64,000 nt of DNA from Vulcanimicrobiota bacterium (GTDB lineage Bacteria > Vulcanimicrobiota > Xenobia > Xenobiales > JADMJV01), in contig JBFWNU010000001.1 of the NCBI GenBank assembly GCA_050250895.1, positions 288,001-352,000 of the forward strand. The letters run 5' to 3'. This document shows positions 52,376 through 62,217 of this stretch, in pieces (position 1 is the stretch's first letter; each line of letters opens with the position of its first letter). Both the position numbers and the translations under genes were made by a program. The notes under the pieces are model-generated. The model was not told the DNA's origin, searched no databases, and saw only the letters and a list, made by a program, of their open reading frames with translations.

Positions 52376-53983
52376 ATGGAAAGAACCGACTGCCTGATTG
52401 TGGGGGCCGGCCCGGTCGGGCTGGCCACCGCTTGTTTACTGCGCCACCACGGCATCGATTGTCGTTTGGTGGAAAAACTCGAGGCCCCTAGCGTGCTGAC
52501 CAAAGCGGCCGGCATCTGGTCACGCACCACCGAGGTGCTGGACTCGATGGGCCTCGCCCAGCGCTTCATCGAGGCGGGTAATCTGGCTCACGGTGGCAAC
52601 ATCTTCGGCGAGGGGCGCAGACTGGTGCATCTCGACCTGACCGCCGTGGATAGTCCCTTCAACTTCTTGTTGATGTTGCCCCAGCATGAAACCGAGCTCC
52701 TGCTGGTCGAGCATCTCGAGCAGTTGGGCGGCAAAGTCGAGCGAGGGTTGGCCCTGACCAGCCTGCAGCAAGATGCCGAGGGAGTGGACTGTGGCTTGGG
52801 AGACACCCAAATCCGAGCCAGCTATGTGGTGGGCTGCGACGGGGCCCACAGCACCGTGCGCAAGCAACTGGCCCTGCCCTTCGAAGGTCGTCCGGAAGAC
52901 GACATGTGGATGGTAGGTGACGTCACCATTCATGGGCCGCTGCCCGAGGACGAGATCTTTGTGTATCTGGCCGAAGAGGGCACCATGGCGCTTTTTCCGC
53001 TGGGCGACCATCGCTATCGGGTGGCGGCCATTGCCGGCCCCGATCACGACCCTGATAGCCAGTCACCCAGCCCCGAAATCTTCGAGGGAGCGATCCTCAA
53101 ACGCGGACCGGCCGGGCTCAACGTCAGCGGGGCCGAGAATCTATGGTATTTTCGTATCCATGAGCGCCAGGTTCCTCACTACCGGGTCGGTCGAGTCTTT
53201 CTGGCCGGCGACGCCGCCCACATTCACAGTCCGATGGGCGGACAGGGGATGAATACCGGCATTCAAGACGCCTTCAATCTGGCCTGGAAGCTCGCTATGG
53301 TCGTGCGCGGTCAGGCCGGGGAGAGGCTACTCGATAGTTATCACCTCGAGCGCCATCCGGTGGCTGAAAAGGTGATCCGGGGCACCACCTGGGGAACCCA
53401 CGCCATGACGCTAAAGTCGACAGTGGGCCAGCATATCCGCAATCGGGTCATGGGCCTGGTGTCGAAGTTACCCCTGTTCCAGAGTCGAGTTCCCCGCGTG
53501 GCCGCCGAAATCGATATTCACTACCGCCAGAGCCCGCTGTCGCTCGAGCCTCACGCCCTGCCTCACGGCTGGCTATTCAATGGCGGCGTCGCCAGTGGCA
53601 ACCGGGCGCCCAATGCTGTGGTCTTTCGAGGCTCCGATCACCAACCGGTAAGCCTCTTCGAGTTACTGCGAGAGCCGCATTTCCAATTGCTTTTGCTCAG
53701 CGGAATCAGTCCCGGCCCCGACTACGGTCGTCTCAAAGCCATCGCCCAGTGGGTGGGCTCCCACCACGCGGACCTGATCACACCCCATATCGTCTGTGCT
53801 CACCCCGACGCGCCCACCGACCTGCCCGGACTGTTACACGATCCCCAGCATGATCTACACCACCAGCATGCGGCCGCCCAGGAGTCGTTGGTGTTGATTC
53901 GCCCCGATGGCCATGTAGCTCATCGCAGCCAACCCGCCGATCTCGACGCTTTGCAGCGGTATCTCCAGCTAGTTCTACATTAA
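52376..53983 (+). CDS. FAD-dependent monooxygenase (aromatic hydroxylase family)
   Basis: IVGAGPVGL, GCDGAHSTVR, LAGDAAHIHSPMGGQGMNTGIQDA, LIRPDGHV. Confidence 0.92.
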   Translation: MERTDCLIVGAGPVGLATACLLRHHGIDCRLVEKLEAPSVLTKAAGIWSRTTEVLDSMGLAQRFIEAGNLAHGGNIFGEGRRLVHLDLTAVDSPFNFLLMLPQHETELLLVEHLEQLGGKVERGLALTSLQQDAEGVDCGLGDTQIRASYVVGCDGAHSTVRKQLALPFEGRPEDDMWMVGDVTIHGPLPEDEIFVYLAEEGTMALFPLGDHRYRVAAIAGPDHDPDSQSPSPEIFEGAILKRGPAGLNVSGAENLWYFRIHERQVPHYRVGRVFLAGDAAHIHSPMGGQGMNTGIQDAFNLAWKLAMVVRGQAGERLLDSYHLERHPVAEKVIRGTTWGTHAMTLKSTVGQHIRNRVMGLVSKLPLFQSRVPRVAAEIDIHYRQSPLSLEPHALPHGWLFNGGVASGNRAPNAVVFRGSDHQPVSLFELLREPHFQLLLLSGISPGPDYGRLKAIAQWVGSHHADLITPHIVCAHPDAPTDLPGLLHDPQHDLHHQHAAAQESLVLIRPDGHVAHRSQPADLDALQRYLQLVLH

Positions 53984-55038
53984 CGGCTTCGAAGCGCAGC
54001 CGGGCGACGGCGACGACGAATCCGCAGGGGGACGACCTTGGGCGAGTCGGGCCAGATCTCGACAGCCACCTCGCGTCGGGCCAGAAATTGCAGGGCGAGC
54101 GGAAACCGCTCGGCCCAGCTGCGTTCGTCGTGGCGGTGGTCGGGAAAGGTCAGGTGGCAGAAATCCCGGCCCGGGGCGAAGCCGGCTCGTTCCAGGGCCA
54201 GTGCCATCTCGCGGGTGACCCGATAGTTATCGCCCGGGGCACCACTGTCGAGATAGACTCTCAGGTCGCGGGGAGTCTCGGCCATGACACGTTCCAACAG
54301 GTCGTCGCGATACGAGAAGGTGCTCGACATCGCTGCCACCGCCCCGAAGATCTCGGGGTATTCCCAGGCCAGGAAGAACGACACCACCCCTCCGAGCGAA
54401 GAGCCCATGACCAGGCGCTGGCCGGGCTCGGCGAGGGTGCGATAGTGGTTGTCGATGTGCGGCACGAGGGCCTGAGTCACGAATCGCCCATAGGCGTGAT
54501 AGCCCGGAGCGGTGTAGTTCTGGTGGCGGTCGTTGGGATAGACGCCCACCACGATGAATTCATTGAGGGCGCCCAGATGGACTAGCTTCTCGAGACTCTC
54601 CCCCACTTGCCAGGTCTGGCCCAGGAAGGCTTCTTGCGGTTCGAACAGGTTGGCGGCGTCTTGCATGTAGACCACCGGGTAGCGGCGCAGGCGATTCTCT
54701 TCGTAGCCGGCCGGCAAGAGCACGCGAATGCGATAGCTCTCGCCCCACCATGAGGTCACGTCGGCCGCCGGCTCGAGTCGGCCGGCAGCCTCGAAAAAAC
54801 GAGGGTAAACGATGATTTTCTGGCGATTGACCGCCACCATGTCGGCACCGATTGCCCAGTGCAATTCACCTTTGCGTTCCAAGCAGGGCTTGAACGAGAG
54901 GGTGGGCTGGTCATAGTCGAGGTGGAAGTGGTGGGTCTCGCCGTCGCTGCGCGAAGGACGGACGCCTGCCTGCCAATCATCCCCCTCGGTGCGAAGCACC
55001 AGATTCTTAGCCGGATAGCGGACGATGATGGTGAACAT
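53980..55038 (-). CDS. Alpha/beta hydrolase, putative esterase family
   Basis: YPVVYMQD, GSSLGG, YLDSG, HDERSW; N-terminal beta domain. Confidence 0.88.
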   Translation of the reverse strand: MFTIIVRYPAKNLVLRTEGDDWQAGVRPSRSDGETHHFHLDYDQPTLSFKPCLERKGELHWAIGADMVAVNRQKIIVYPRFFEAAGRLEPAADVTSWWGESYRIRVLLPAGYEENRLRRYPVVYMQDAANLFEPQEAFLGQTWQVGESLEKLVHLGALNEFIVVGVYPNDRHQNYTAPGYHAYGRFVTQALVPHIDNHYRTLAEPGQRLVMGSSLGGVVSFFLAWEYPEIFGAVAAMSSTFSYRDDLLERVMAETPRDLRVYLDSGAPGDNYRVTREMALALERAGFAPGRDFCHLTFPDHRHDERSWAERFPLALQFLARREVAVEIWPDSPKVVPLRIRRRRRPAALRSR

Positions 55039-55128
55039 TCGGTTTTCTCCTCATGCCAATTGTGAGGCAGAAGAGGAGCGGTGTCGCCGCTCAAAAGAGT
55101 TCTTCGGGCCTATCCGGCTGGACCTATC

Positions 55129-57309
55129 CTACGCCTCGACGGCATGGAGCTCGCGCCGCATCAAACGAATGCGCTCCGCCAGCTCACCGCCCAACATCCA
55201 CAACAGGCGTCCGGCGGCCTGGGGATGCTGACGCTGCAGCTGCTCGAGGCTGTCACGGTTCAGGCAGAAGGCCTTGAGAGGCAGGTCGACCACGGCGCTC
55301 GACTGGCGCGTCTCGTTCATCAGCATCGAGACCTCTCCGATCACGGCACCGGGGCCAAAATGGCTCAGCCGACCATTGTCGGGCTGGTCGCCCAGGAACA
55401 GGTGGACCGCCCCGGCCGTGATGATAAAGAGTGAGTCTCCGGGGTCACCCACTCGGAAAAGGAAGTCGCCCTGATTCAAGTCGACCTCGGTCATGGCCGA
55501 GCGGACCGCCTCGAACTCGGACGGGCCAAAGTCTGCAAACAGTTCGAGTTCTTTGAGGGCGTGCTGGTGATAGGCCCCGTCGGCACTGGCCTCGGCTTTG
55601 AGCACCTCGACCTCGCTCCACTCCAGGGCCCGGTCGCGATCCTGGAAGAAGAAGGCCGGTCCTACCGCCTCGATCACTCCCAGGTCCTGCAGAAAGCTCC
55701 ACTGAGGACCCTCTTTAGGCAGGCCCGCCACGGCCAATTTTCGACCGCTGGCCGAGATGGTCTCTTGCAACAAAGCGATGGCGCGACCACCCGAGCTGTC
55801 GATACCGGTAGTGCGATGAAGATCGAGAATGACTCGCTGGGTCTCGGGCTTGAGATTGTCTTCGACTGCGCGCGAGAACCGGTCGGCGGAGCCGAAGAAC
55901 AGCGGTCCCTGCAGTTCGACCACCAGCGTCTCGAGACCGTGACCCGCCAGCACTTCCTGGGCCCGGTGGGGGTAAACCCGGCGCGAGCGCAGGGTCTCGG
56001 CGGTGTAGATGCCTCGAATTACGGTGGCGCTGGATTTGCCCACGAAGTAGAGACTGGCCAGCACCAAACCCAGGGCCACTGCCACCATCAAGTCCACCAC
56101 GACGGTAACCACGGTCACGACGGCCACCAGCGCCAGGTTGACGGCGACTTCTTTCTTGTTGGCGGCAGCGCTCGCCAATTTCTTGAGCAGCCCGCTGCTC
56201 CAGGTGTCGATCATGCCCCAGGCCGTCACCATCAGGATGGCGCTAAGAACCACATTGGGAATCTTACCGGCGGTCGAGCCGATCAAAAGCACCACGGTCA
56301 GCAGGCAAATGCTGTGGAACATGCCCGAGAGCTTGCCGCGACCGCCCGCGTCGATGTTGACCAGGGTGCGAATGGTGGCGCCCGCGCCGGCCAGGCCGCC
56401 AAAACAACCAGACACGGCATTACCGATCCCCTGGCCGATCAGCTCCTGGTCGCTGTCGTGACGGGTTTTGACCACGGTGTCGGCCACCAGCGAGGTGAGC
56501 AGGCTATCGATGGCTCCCAGCAGGCTCAGCGAAATGGCGGCCGTGATGATGAGAGGAAAGATCTCGGTGAAGATTGGGCTCGAGGGCATGGCCAGGAAGG
56601 CGGGAACGTTCTTCAAACTGGGAATGGCCGTAGGCACCTCGCCCACTACTCGACCCAGAGCGGTGTCCGGCACCAGATGGTGCACGAGGTAGTATAGCGC
56701 CGTGCCGAAAGTGAGCCCCACCAGCGAGCCTGGCACTGCCTTGGTGACCTTCGGGGTTACCATGATGACGGCCACGGTCAGCAGCCCAATCAGCGTGGTT
56801 GCCGTGTCGATGGTTCCGTCTTCGGCCCCCACGAAAGGCTTGCATTGACTGAGAAAAATGATTACGGCGATGCCGTTCATGAAGCCGGCCGTTACAGGGT
56901 ATGGGATGTATCTTACCAGCCCACCGAAGCGAAGCAAGCCCAGCGCAATCTGAAACAGCCCGGCTAAAGCGACCGAAAGGAAGGCAGCCAGCAGGATCTC
57001 TTCGCCACTCAGACGAGCTCCGAAGCGAGCCACGAAGGTAGCCACGATACCCGCCAACACCGTCGACATCGGTCCGGTCGGCCCCGTTACCTGGCTGGAA
57101 GTGCCTCCGAAGGCCGAGGCGCAAAAGCCGGTAAAAATGGCCCCGTAGAGACCGGCAACCGCTCCTACCGAACTCCACTCGGGACCAAGCGGGGCCGTGA
57201 CCATCACCCCGAAAGCGATCGCCAGCGGCAGGGCGGTAACTGCCGCGGTCAAGCCCCCAAAAAGATCGGCTTTCGGATTATTGGTGATTTTAGGTAGCGT
57301 TGGACTCAT
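55129..57309 (-). CDS. SulP family anion (likely bicarbonate) transporter with STAS and cNMP-binding domains
   Basis: ALPLAIAFG, GPTGPM, QELIGQG, GPLFFGSA (STAS), GAVIGE...RQSS (cNMP). Confidence 0.92.
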   Translation of the reverse strand: MSPTLPKITNNPKADLFGGLTAAVTALPLAIAFGVMVTAPLGPEWSSVGAVAGLYGAIFTGFCASAFGGTSSQVTGPTGPMSTVLAGIVATFVARFGARLSGEEILLAAFLSVALAGLFQIALGLLRFGGLVRYIPYPVTAGFMNGIAVIIFLSQCKPFVGAEDGTIDTATTLIGLLTVAVIMVTPKVTKAVPGSLVGLTFGTALYYLVHHLVPDTALGRVVGEVPTAIPSLKNVPAFLAMPSSPIFTEIFPLIITAAISLSLLGAIDSLLTSLVADTVVKTRHDSDQELIGQGIGNAVSGCFGGLAGAGATIRTLVNIDAGGRGKLSGMFHSICLLTVVLLIGSTAGKIPNVVLSAILMVTAWGMIDTWSSGLLKKLASAAANKKEVAVNLALVAVVTVVTVVVDLMVAVALGLVLASLYFVGKSSATVIRGIYTAETLRSRRVYPHRAQEVLAGHGLETLVVELQGPLFFGSADRFSRAVEDNLKPETQRVILDLHRTTGIDSSGGRAIALLQETISASGRKLAVAGLPKEGPQWSFLQDLGVIEAVGPAFFFQDRDRALEWSEVEVLKAEASADGAYHQHALKELELFADFGPSEFEAVRSAMTEVDLNQGDFLFRVGDPGDSLFIITAGAVHLFLGDQPDNGRLSHFGPGAVIGEVSMLMNETRQSSAVVDLPLKAFCLNRDSLEQLQRQHPQAAGRLLWMLGGELAERIRLMRRELHAVEA

Positions 57310-57317
57310 TGTTAACC

Positions 57318-57450
57318 ACGGTATCGGTCTATCGTGAGGATTTAATGAGGAAGTGGTGAGATCGCGATGAAAAGATGAGCCAACTTTCGTAAATCCTCAT
57401 CATTCCCTCATCTTTCTCCGCTTGCACGCCTCACCTGGGAGGGGTAGCCT
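57318..57450. promoter_or_regulatory. Divergent promoters with arrays of CCTCAY direct repeats (OmpR-type sites)
   Basis: Minus strand: TTTCAT-N5-TCTCAC-N5-CCTCAT-N5-CCTCAC-N10-TACCGT. Plus strand: CCTCAT-N5-CCTCAT...CCTCAC-N10-TAGCCT. Confidence 0.7.
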
Positions 57451-57548
57451 GAAACGTGACGGTGGCGGTAGCTGTGAAATGGGCGGTCGCAGGAAAGTTC
57501 GCCCCTTCCCCGACCGAACTACCGCCACCGTCGCCAAATGGAGGACGC

Positions 57549-58151
57549 ATGATTCTAAAGCAGGGTATCGAAAAATTTCGCCAGGAACAGTATCCGCAGT
57601 TGCGCGAGCGCTTTCACAAGCTGGCCAATGGGCAGGAACCTAGAGTGCTGTTCATCACTTGCTCCGATTCTCGGATCGTGCCGAGCCTGATTACCCAGAC
57701 AGGTCCCGGAGAACTCTTCGTCATCCGCAACGCCGGCAATCTGGTGCCCCCTTACGCGGCTGCAGCCGGCAGCGGCGAGAGCGGCAGCCTCGAATACGCG
57801 GTCAGTGTGCTCAAGGTGACCGACATCGTGGTCTGCGGCCACTCTGACTGCGGAGCCATGAAAGCGGTGGTCTCGCCCAAGGTGCTCGATTCCCTCCCCG
57901 AGGTCAGGAATTGGCTGCGGCTGGCCACCCCGACCAGGCAAGCCGTGCTGGCCCGCGAGGGCGACGACAGGGTCGAGTTCGCCATCGCTCATAACGTCAA
58001 GACTCAACTCGAGAACCTGAAGACCCATCCCTGCGTCTCCGCTCGCCTAAAAGAGGGCGATCTCTGGTTGCACGGCTGGATCTATCACATCGCTTCGGGG
58101 CAAATCGATGTGCTCAAACAGACCCGGGAGGCAGTGGCCATCACCGGATAG
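57549..58151 (+). CDS. Beta-class carbonic anhydrase
   Basis: GGAGG RBS; CSDSR, GELFVIRNAGN, CGHSDCGAM. Confidence 0.95.
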   Translation: MILKQGIEKFRQEQYPQLRERFHKLANGQEPRVLFITCSDSRIVPSLITQTGPGELFVIRNAGNLVPPYAAAAGSGESGSLEYAVSVLKVTDIVVCGHSDCGAMKAVVSPKVLDSLPEVRNWLRLATPTRQAVLAREGDDRVEFAIAHNVKTQLENLKTHPCVSARLKEGDLWLHGWIYHIASGQIDVLKQTREAVAITG

Positions 58152-58191
58152 CCGCAGGCTTTTCGCTCGGCTCGGCGGAAGGGCCCGAGCC

Positions 58192-59574
58192 ATGGAAACC
58201 CTCAAAGGCCTGTCTCTTCGAGCCCGGCTGGCTCTCTTGCTGGCCGGCGTTTTGGCCGTTTGTTTCTCGTTGGTGGGGCTGCTCCACTACGAGAACATGC
58301 ATCTCGCCCTGCTCACCGAGATCGACGAGACCCTGGTGTTGCGCGCCGCCAACGTCGGGGAGCAGTTGCGGAGCAGCGGGGTGCGTACTCTGGAGGCCGC
58401 TCGCGGGCTCGACCTCGATGAAGCACCGCCGTTTGCCATGGGCTCGAGTCCCGAGGTGTATGTCGAACTGGTCAGCCCCGCGGGCGAGGTCGTCAAAACC
58501 TCATCCAATCTGCACGGGGTGAGCCTGCCTCCGACCGCCAGCGGGCAACCCAAAGAGACCGTGAGCGTCGACGGCATGCGGCTACGCCGCCTGACGGTGC
58601 CGTATCCGGCCGGCTCTGCGCCGCTGCTCCACATCGTCGTGGGCGAATCGCTGCACCTCATGGACGCCTCGCTGGCCCTGGCGGCCCAGCGGACCGTGGC
58701 CATTGCCATGCTCACCCTGGGCTTGACCCTGGGTCTCTGCGGCATGGCCCTCGACCAGGGTTTGCGTCCCTTGAGACGCCTCGCCAACACCATCGATACC
58801 ATCGTGCGCACCGGCGACATGTCACGCCGGGTCGAAGTGCCGCCAGGGCAAGACGAAGTGGCCAAGGTGGCCTCGACCTTCAATGTGCTCATCGGGCGGG
58901 TCGGCGGTCTGCTCGACGCCCAGCGCGAGTTTCTGGCCGATACCTCACACGAACTGCGCAACCCTCTGACCGTGATCCAGACCGACCTCGACCTGCTGGG
59001 CCGCGAGCTTGACGCCGAAACGCGCCGCGAGGTGTCCGACGAGGCATCGCGCGAGACCGGTCGCATGATCCGGCTGGTCCAGGACCTGATGGAGCTTTCC
59101 TGGGCTGAAACCGAGAAGAAGATTCGACCCGAGTCCGTGGACTTACGGGCGCTGGTGGAGCGACTGGTGGAGCGCCTCGGCCAGGCCGAGCAGACCAGCC
59201 TCACCCTCGAGCCGGGCCCCGATCCGCTGGTGTGGGCCGACCCCGAGCGGGTCGAGCAGATCCTGATCAACCTGATCGGCAACGCCCTGCGGCATTCCGG
59301 GGGGCAGGTTCGGGTGGCCATCGATCTCGACCAGCAGCGAGGCCTGGTCAGGGTGAGCGATGACGGTTGCGGCATCGCCCCCGAACACCTTCCCAAGCTG
59401 TTCGAGCGATTCTATCGGGTCGACAAGTCGCGCAACCGCGTATCGGGGGGCGCGGGCCTTGGCCTGCCGCTGGCGCGGGCCCTGGCTCGGGCTCACGGAG
59501 GTGAGATCTCGGTCGAGAGCAGCCTGGGAGAAGGCTCCACTTTTACCGTGAGTCTACCGCTTAGTCCGACTTGA
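58192..59574 (+). CDS. Sensor histidine kinase (HAMP, HisKA, HATPase)
   Basis: SHELRNPL, NLIGNA, DDGCG, FERFYR, GAGLGL; two TM segments. Confidence 0.93.
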   Translation: METLKGLSLRARLALLLAGVLAVCFSLVGLLHYENMHLALLTEIDETLVLRAANVGEQLRSSGVRTLEAARGLDLDEAPPFAMGSSPEVYVELVSPAGEVVKTSSNLHGVSLPPTASGQPKETVSVDGMRLRRLTVPYPAGSAPLLHIVVGESLHLMDASLALAAQRTVAIAMLTLGLTLGLCGMALDQGLRPLRRLANTIDTIVRTGDMSRRVEVPPGQDEVAKVASTFNVLIGRVGGLLDAQREFLADTSHELRNPLTVIQTDLDLLGRELDAETRREVSDEASRETGRMIRLVQDLMELSWAETEKKIRPESVDLRALVERLVERLGQAEQTSLTLEPGPDPLVWADPERVEQILINLIGNALRHSGGQVRVAIDLDQQRGLVRVSDDGCGIAPEHLPKLFERFYRVDKSRNRVSGGAGLGLPLARALARAHGGEISVESSLGEGSTFTVSLPLSPT

Positions 59575-60247
59575 GCACGTAGCCGACCCCGCGCACCGTC
59601 TGCAACAAGCGAGAGGCGCCGCCAGCCTCGGTTTTGTCACGAAGCTGGCGCACGAACACGTCGACCACGTTGGAACTGCCCTCATGGTCGTACCCCCACA
59701 CCGTTTCCAGGATCTGCTCGCGGGTCAGCACCTGGCGAGGGTGACGCATGAAATACTCCAGTAGAGAGAACTCGCGGGGCGTGAGTTGCAAGACTTGACT
59801 ACCACGGCGCACCTCGCGCGAGGTGGCGTCGAGATGCAGGTCTTCAAAATCGAGCGTCACTACTCGGGACACCGTGGCCACCCGGCTGCGTCGCAGCAGC
59901 GCCCGAATGCGAGCCAGCAACTCGGGCAGTTCGAACGGCTTGACCAGATAGTCGTCGGCCCCCCGCTCGAGCCCGGTCACTTTGTCTTGCAGACTGTCGC
60001 GCGCGGTCAGCATCAGGATGGGCACGTCGCTGGTCTCGCGAATCTTCTCGGCCAGCTGAAAGCCGTCGAGCCCGGGCAACATCACATCGAGGATCAACAG
60101 AGCCGGTTCCTGGCTCATCGCCTCGAGCGCGGCCGGGGCGTCCTGGGCCACCGCCACGGCAAAGCCTTCAAAGGCCAGCCGGCGACGCACCGAGGCGGCC
60201 ACGGCCGGGTCATCTTCAATCAGCAAAATACGGGTTCCGTCGCTCAT
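59561..60247 (-). CDS. OmpR/PhoB (MprA-like) response regulator
   Basis: IEDD, LDVMLP, GADDYLVKPF, LTPREF, TVRGVGY. Confidence 0.95.
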   Translation of the reverse strand: MSDGTRILLIEDDPAVAASVRRRLAFEGFAVAVAQDAPAALEAMSQEPALLILDVMLPGLDGFQLAEKIRETSDVPILMLTARDSLQDKVTGLERGADDYLVKPFELPELLARIRALLRRSRVATVSRVVTLDFEDLHLDATSREVRRGSQVLQLTPREFSLLEYFMRHPRQVLTREQILETVWGYDHEGSSNVVDVFVRQLRDKTEAGGASRLLQTVRGVGYVLKSD

Positions 60248-60273
60248 TCGCTGCCGTGCATTCGGCGAGGCCG

Positions 60274-62217
60274 CTACTCCTCCTGTGAATCGACCGGCCG
60301 GCGTAGCGGCAAAAGCGGTAAATTGGCCAGGTTAGCTACCGGATCTTCCAGGTCGGGGCGATGGCCAGCCACCAGCTGGCGGTGCTCTTCGGCCTCGTCG
60401 CCCTCGAGCAGGCTGGCCAGCAAGGCCCGATAACGCAGATTGCCGGGCCGCCCCTCGACGGCCCGGCGGGCAGCAGCCAGAGCCAGTTCGGGTCGCTCGG
60501 TTCGGGCCAGCCGAGCCAACCAGTAGTCGGGCTCGAACCAGCCGTTCTGGGCCACCAGCACCCCGGCCACGATGCTGGCTCGCTCCCAGTCGCCCAGGGC
60601 GGCCACCGCCTGCAGCCGCACCAGTCCCGCCGACGGCGAGGTGTTGGCGGCCAGCCGGGCCAGGGCTTCTTCGGGTTTGCCCTGTTCGATGCGCTCGAGG
60701 GCCTCGTTGACCGGATCAGGCCCCTGATCCAGAAAGCGGGGATAGTCGCCCACGCCGTACAGGCGCGTCAGCCAGCTGGCCACTTCGGTGTCGGGCCCCA
60801 ATTCCAGGGCCACGGCCGCTTCGAGGGTGTAGCCGTCGAACATCAGGGTGTAGCTCTCGGCGGCCCCGATCATCTCGAGATCCGAGCCAGCCGCGAGCAG
60901 CCACGCCGTGGCCTGCTCGGCATAGTTCTCGCCGGGGCCGGCCAGGTAGGCGGCCAACCGGTCCAGGCCGCCGAGGGTCAATGAAACCACCAACTGAAGG
61001 CGTTGAGGCAGATGACGGCGGGCGCGGCTCAGAACGCGAAAAAACAGGCGCCGCGCCCGCTCGGGCTCGACCACCCTGCCCCATTGCTGGGGAAAGCCCA
61101 GGCCGGCGGCCACTTGCAGCAAGTCCCGCTCGAGGCTGCCCTGGGGCAGGCTTCGGACCGCCCCGCTCAGGTCGCCCAGGCTCTCGCGACAGGCGGCCAC
61201 CCAGGCCCCCTGAGGCCGCCCGGCCACGGCCTCGAGGGGAGTGTGCACGAAGCGATAGGGGTCAAAACGCCCGGGCGGCCTATCCTCGGCCCGCAGCAAG
61301 ACCCCGAGTCCCGGCTGCCAGCAAGGAAAGGCCGACCCAGGAGCGTGTAGAGCAAAGCCGCCAGGGCGGCGACAATAAACATAGGACCGCCCCTCAGGAT
61401 GGCGGGGCAGATGGCTCAAATGGCGGGGATAAAGGTCTTCGAGGCGTTCGGGCAGAGTGCCCGAGATGCGCTCGAAGGTACCGATGGCTCCCGCCAACAG
61501 CACCAGATCCATCACCAGGCGATGCTCCCGGCCACGAGCCAGGCGAAGCTCGTCGAGGTTGTGCTCGGCCAGGCGCCTTACGGGAGTTCGGGTCTGGGCC
61601 AGCCGCTCCCAGGCCAGGTTGGCCCGGGTCCAATCGCCCAGCAAGGCGTGGCAGATGGCCTTGAGGTTGACCGAGTCAGGGTGGCTGGTAAACTCCTCGA
61701 GCAGGTCGGCGGCCTGCTGCCAGCGGTTGCAAAGCAACTCCTGGACGGCCTCGAGATAGCTCCGCAAGGCTCCGGGCGGCAACAGCTCGAGATAGTTAGC
61801 CCAGCTGTTCCAGTGCTCGAGCAGGCTCTGCATGGTCGTGGGCTCGTCGCCCTCGGGCACCCGAAAGCGCAACAGCCCGGCGGCGCAATCGAGGGCCACC
61901 GTATCCCAGTTTCGGGGTGGGGCGGCCAGGCACACCAGCCGACCGGGACCGCCCAGGGGGTTTGCCTCATCACGATGGCGAGCCGATTGGGCTGAAAACG
62001 GCCGGTCGATGGCCACCACCGGGCGATAGACCACGTCGTGGTCGAGCAACTCCAGGCCCTCAGCCAGGTGGGGGTCGAGCCTGGCCGGCGGTCCTTCGGG
62101 CCTGGGCCCCCAGCCCCAGGCGGCCGCCGCCGCTCTCACACAGGCGTCACAGATGGCCTGGCCCCGGCCCAGCTTGTAAGCCCCCGGACCGGTGGCGTGG
62201 CAAATAGCGCAGGTCAT
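60274..62217 (-). CDS. TPR-like protein with N-terminal C4 zinc finger
   Basis: MTCAIC...ICDACV (ClpX-type finger); ATGA overlap with the upstream gene; TPR-like helices. Confidence 0.75.
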   Translation of the reverse strand: MTCAICHATGPGAYKLGRGQAICDACVRAAAAAWGWGPRPEGPPARLDPHLAEGLELLDHDVVYRPVVAIDRPFSAQSARHRDEANPLGGPGRLVCLAAPPRNWDTVALDCAAGLLRFRVPEGDEPTTMQSLLEHWNSWANYLELLPPGALRSYLEAVQELLCNRWQQAADLLEEFTSHPDSVNLKAICHALLGDWTRANLAWERLAQTRTPVRRLAEHNLDELRLARGREHRLVMDLVLLAGAIGTFERISGTLPERLEDLYPRHLSHLPRHPEGRSYVYCRRPGGFALHAPGSAFPCWQPGLGVLLRAEDRPPGRFDPYRFVHTPLEAVAGRPQGAWVAACRESLGDLSGAVRSLPQGSLERDLLQVAAGLGFPQQWGRVVEPERARRLFFRVLSRARRHLPQRLQLVVSLTLGGLDRLAAYLAGPGENYAEQATAWLLAAGSDLEMIGAAESYTLMFDGYTLEAAVALELGPDTEVASWLTRLYGVGDYPRFLDQGPDPVNEALERIEQGKPEEALARLAANTSPSAGLVRLQAVAALGDWERASIVAGVLVAQNGWFEPDYWLARLARTERPELALAAARRAVEGRPGNLRYRALLASLLEGDEAEEHRQLVAGHRPDLEDPVANLANLPLLPLRRPVDSQEE

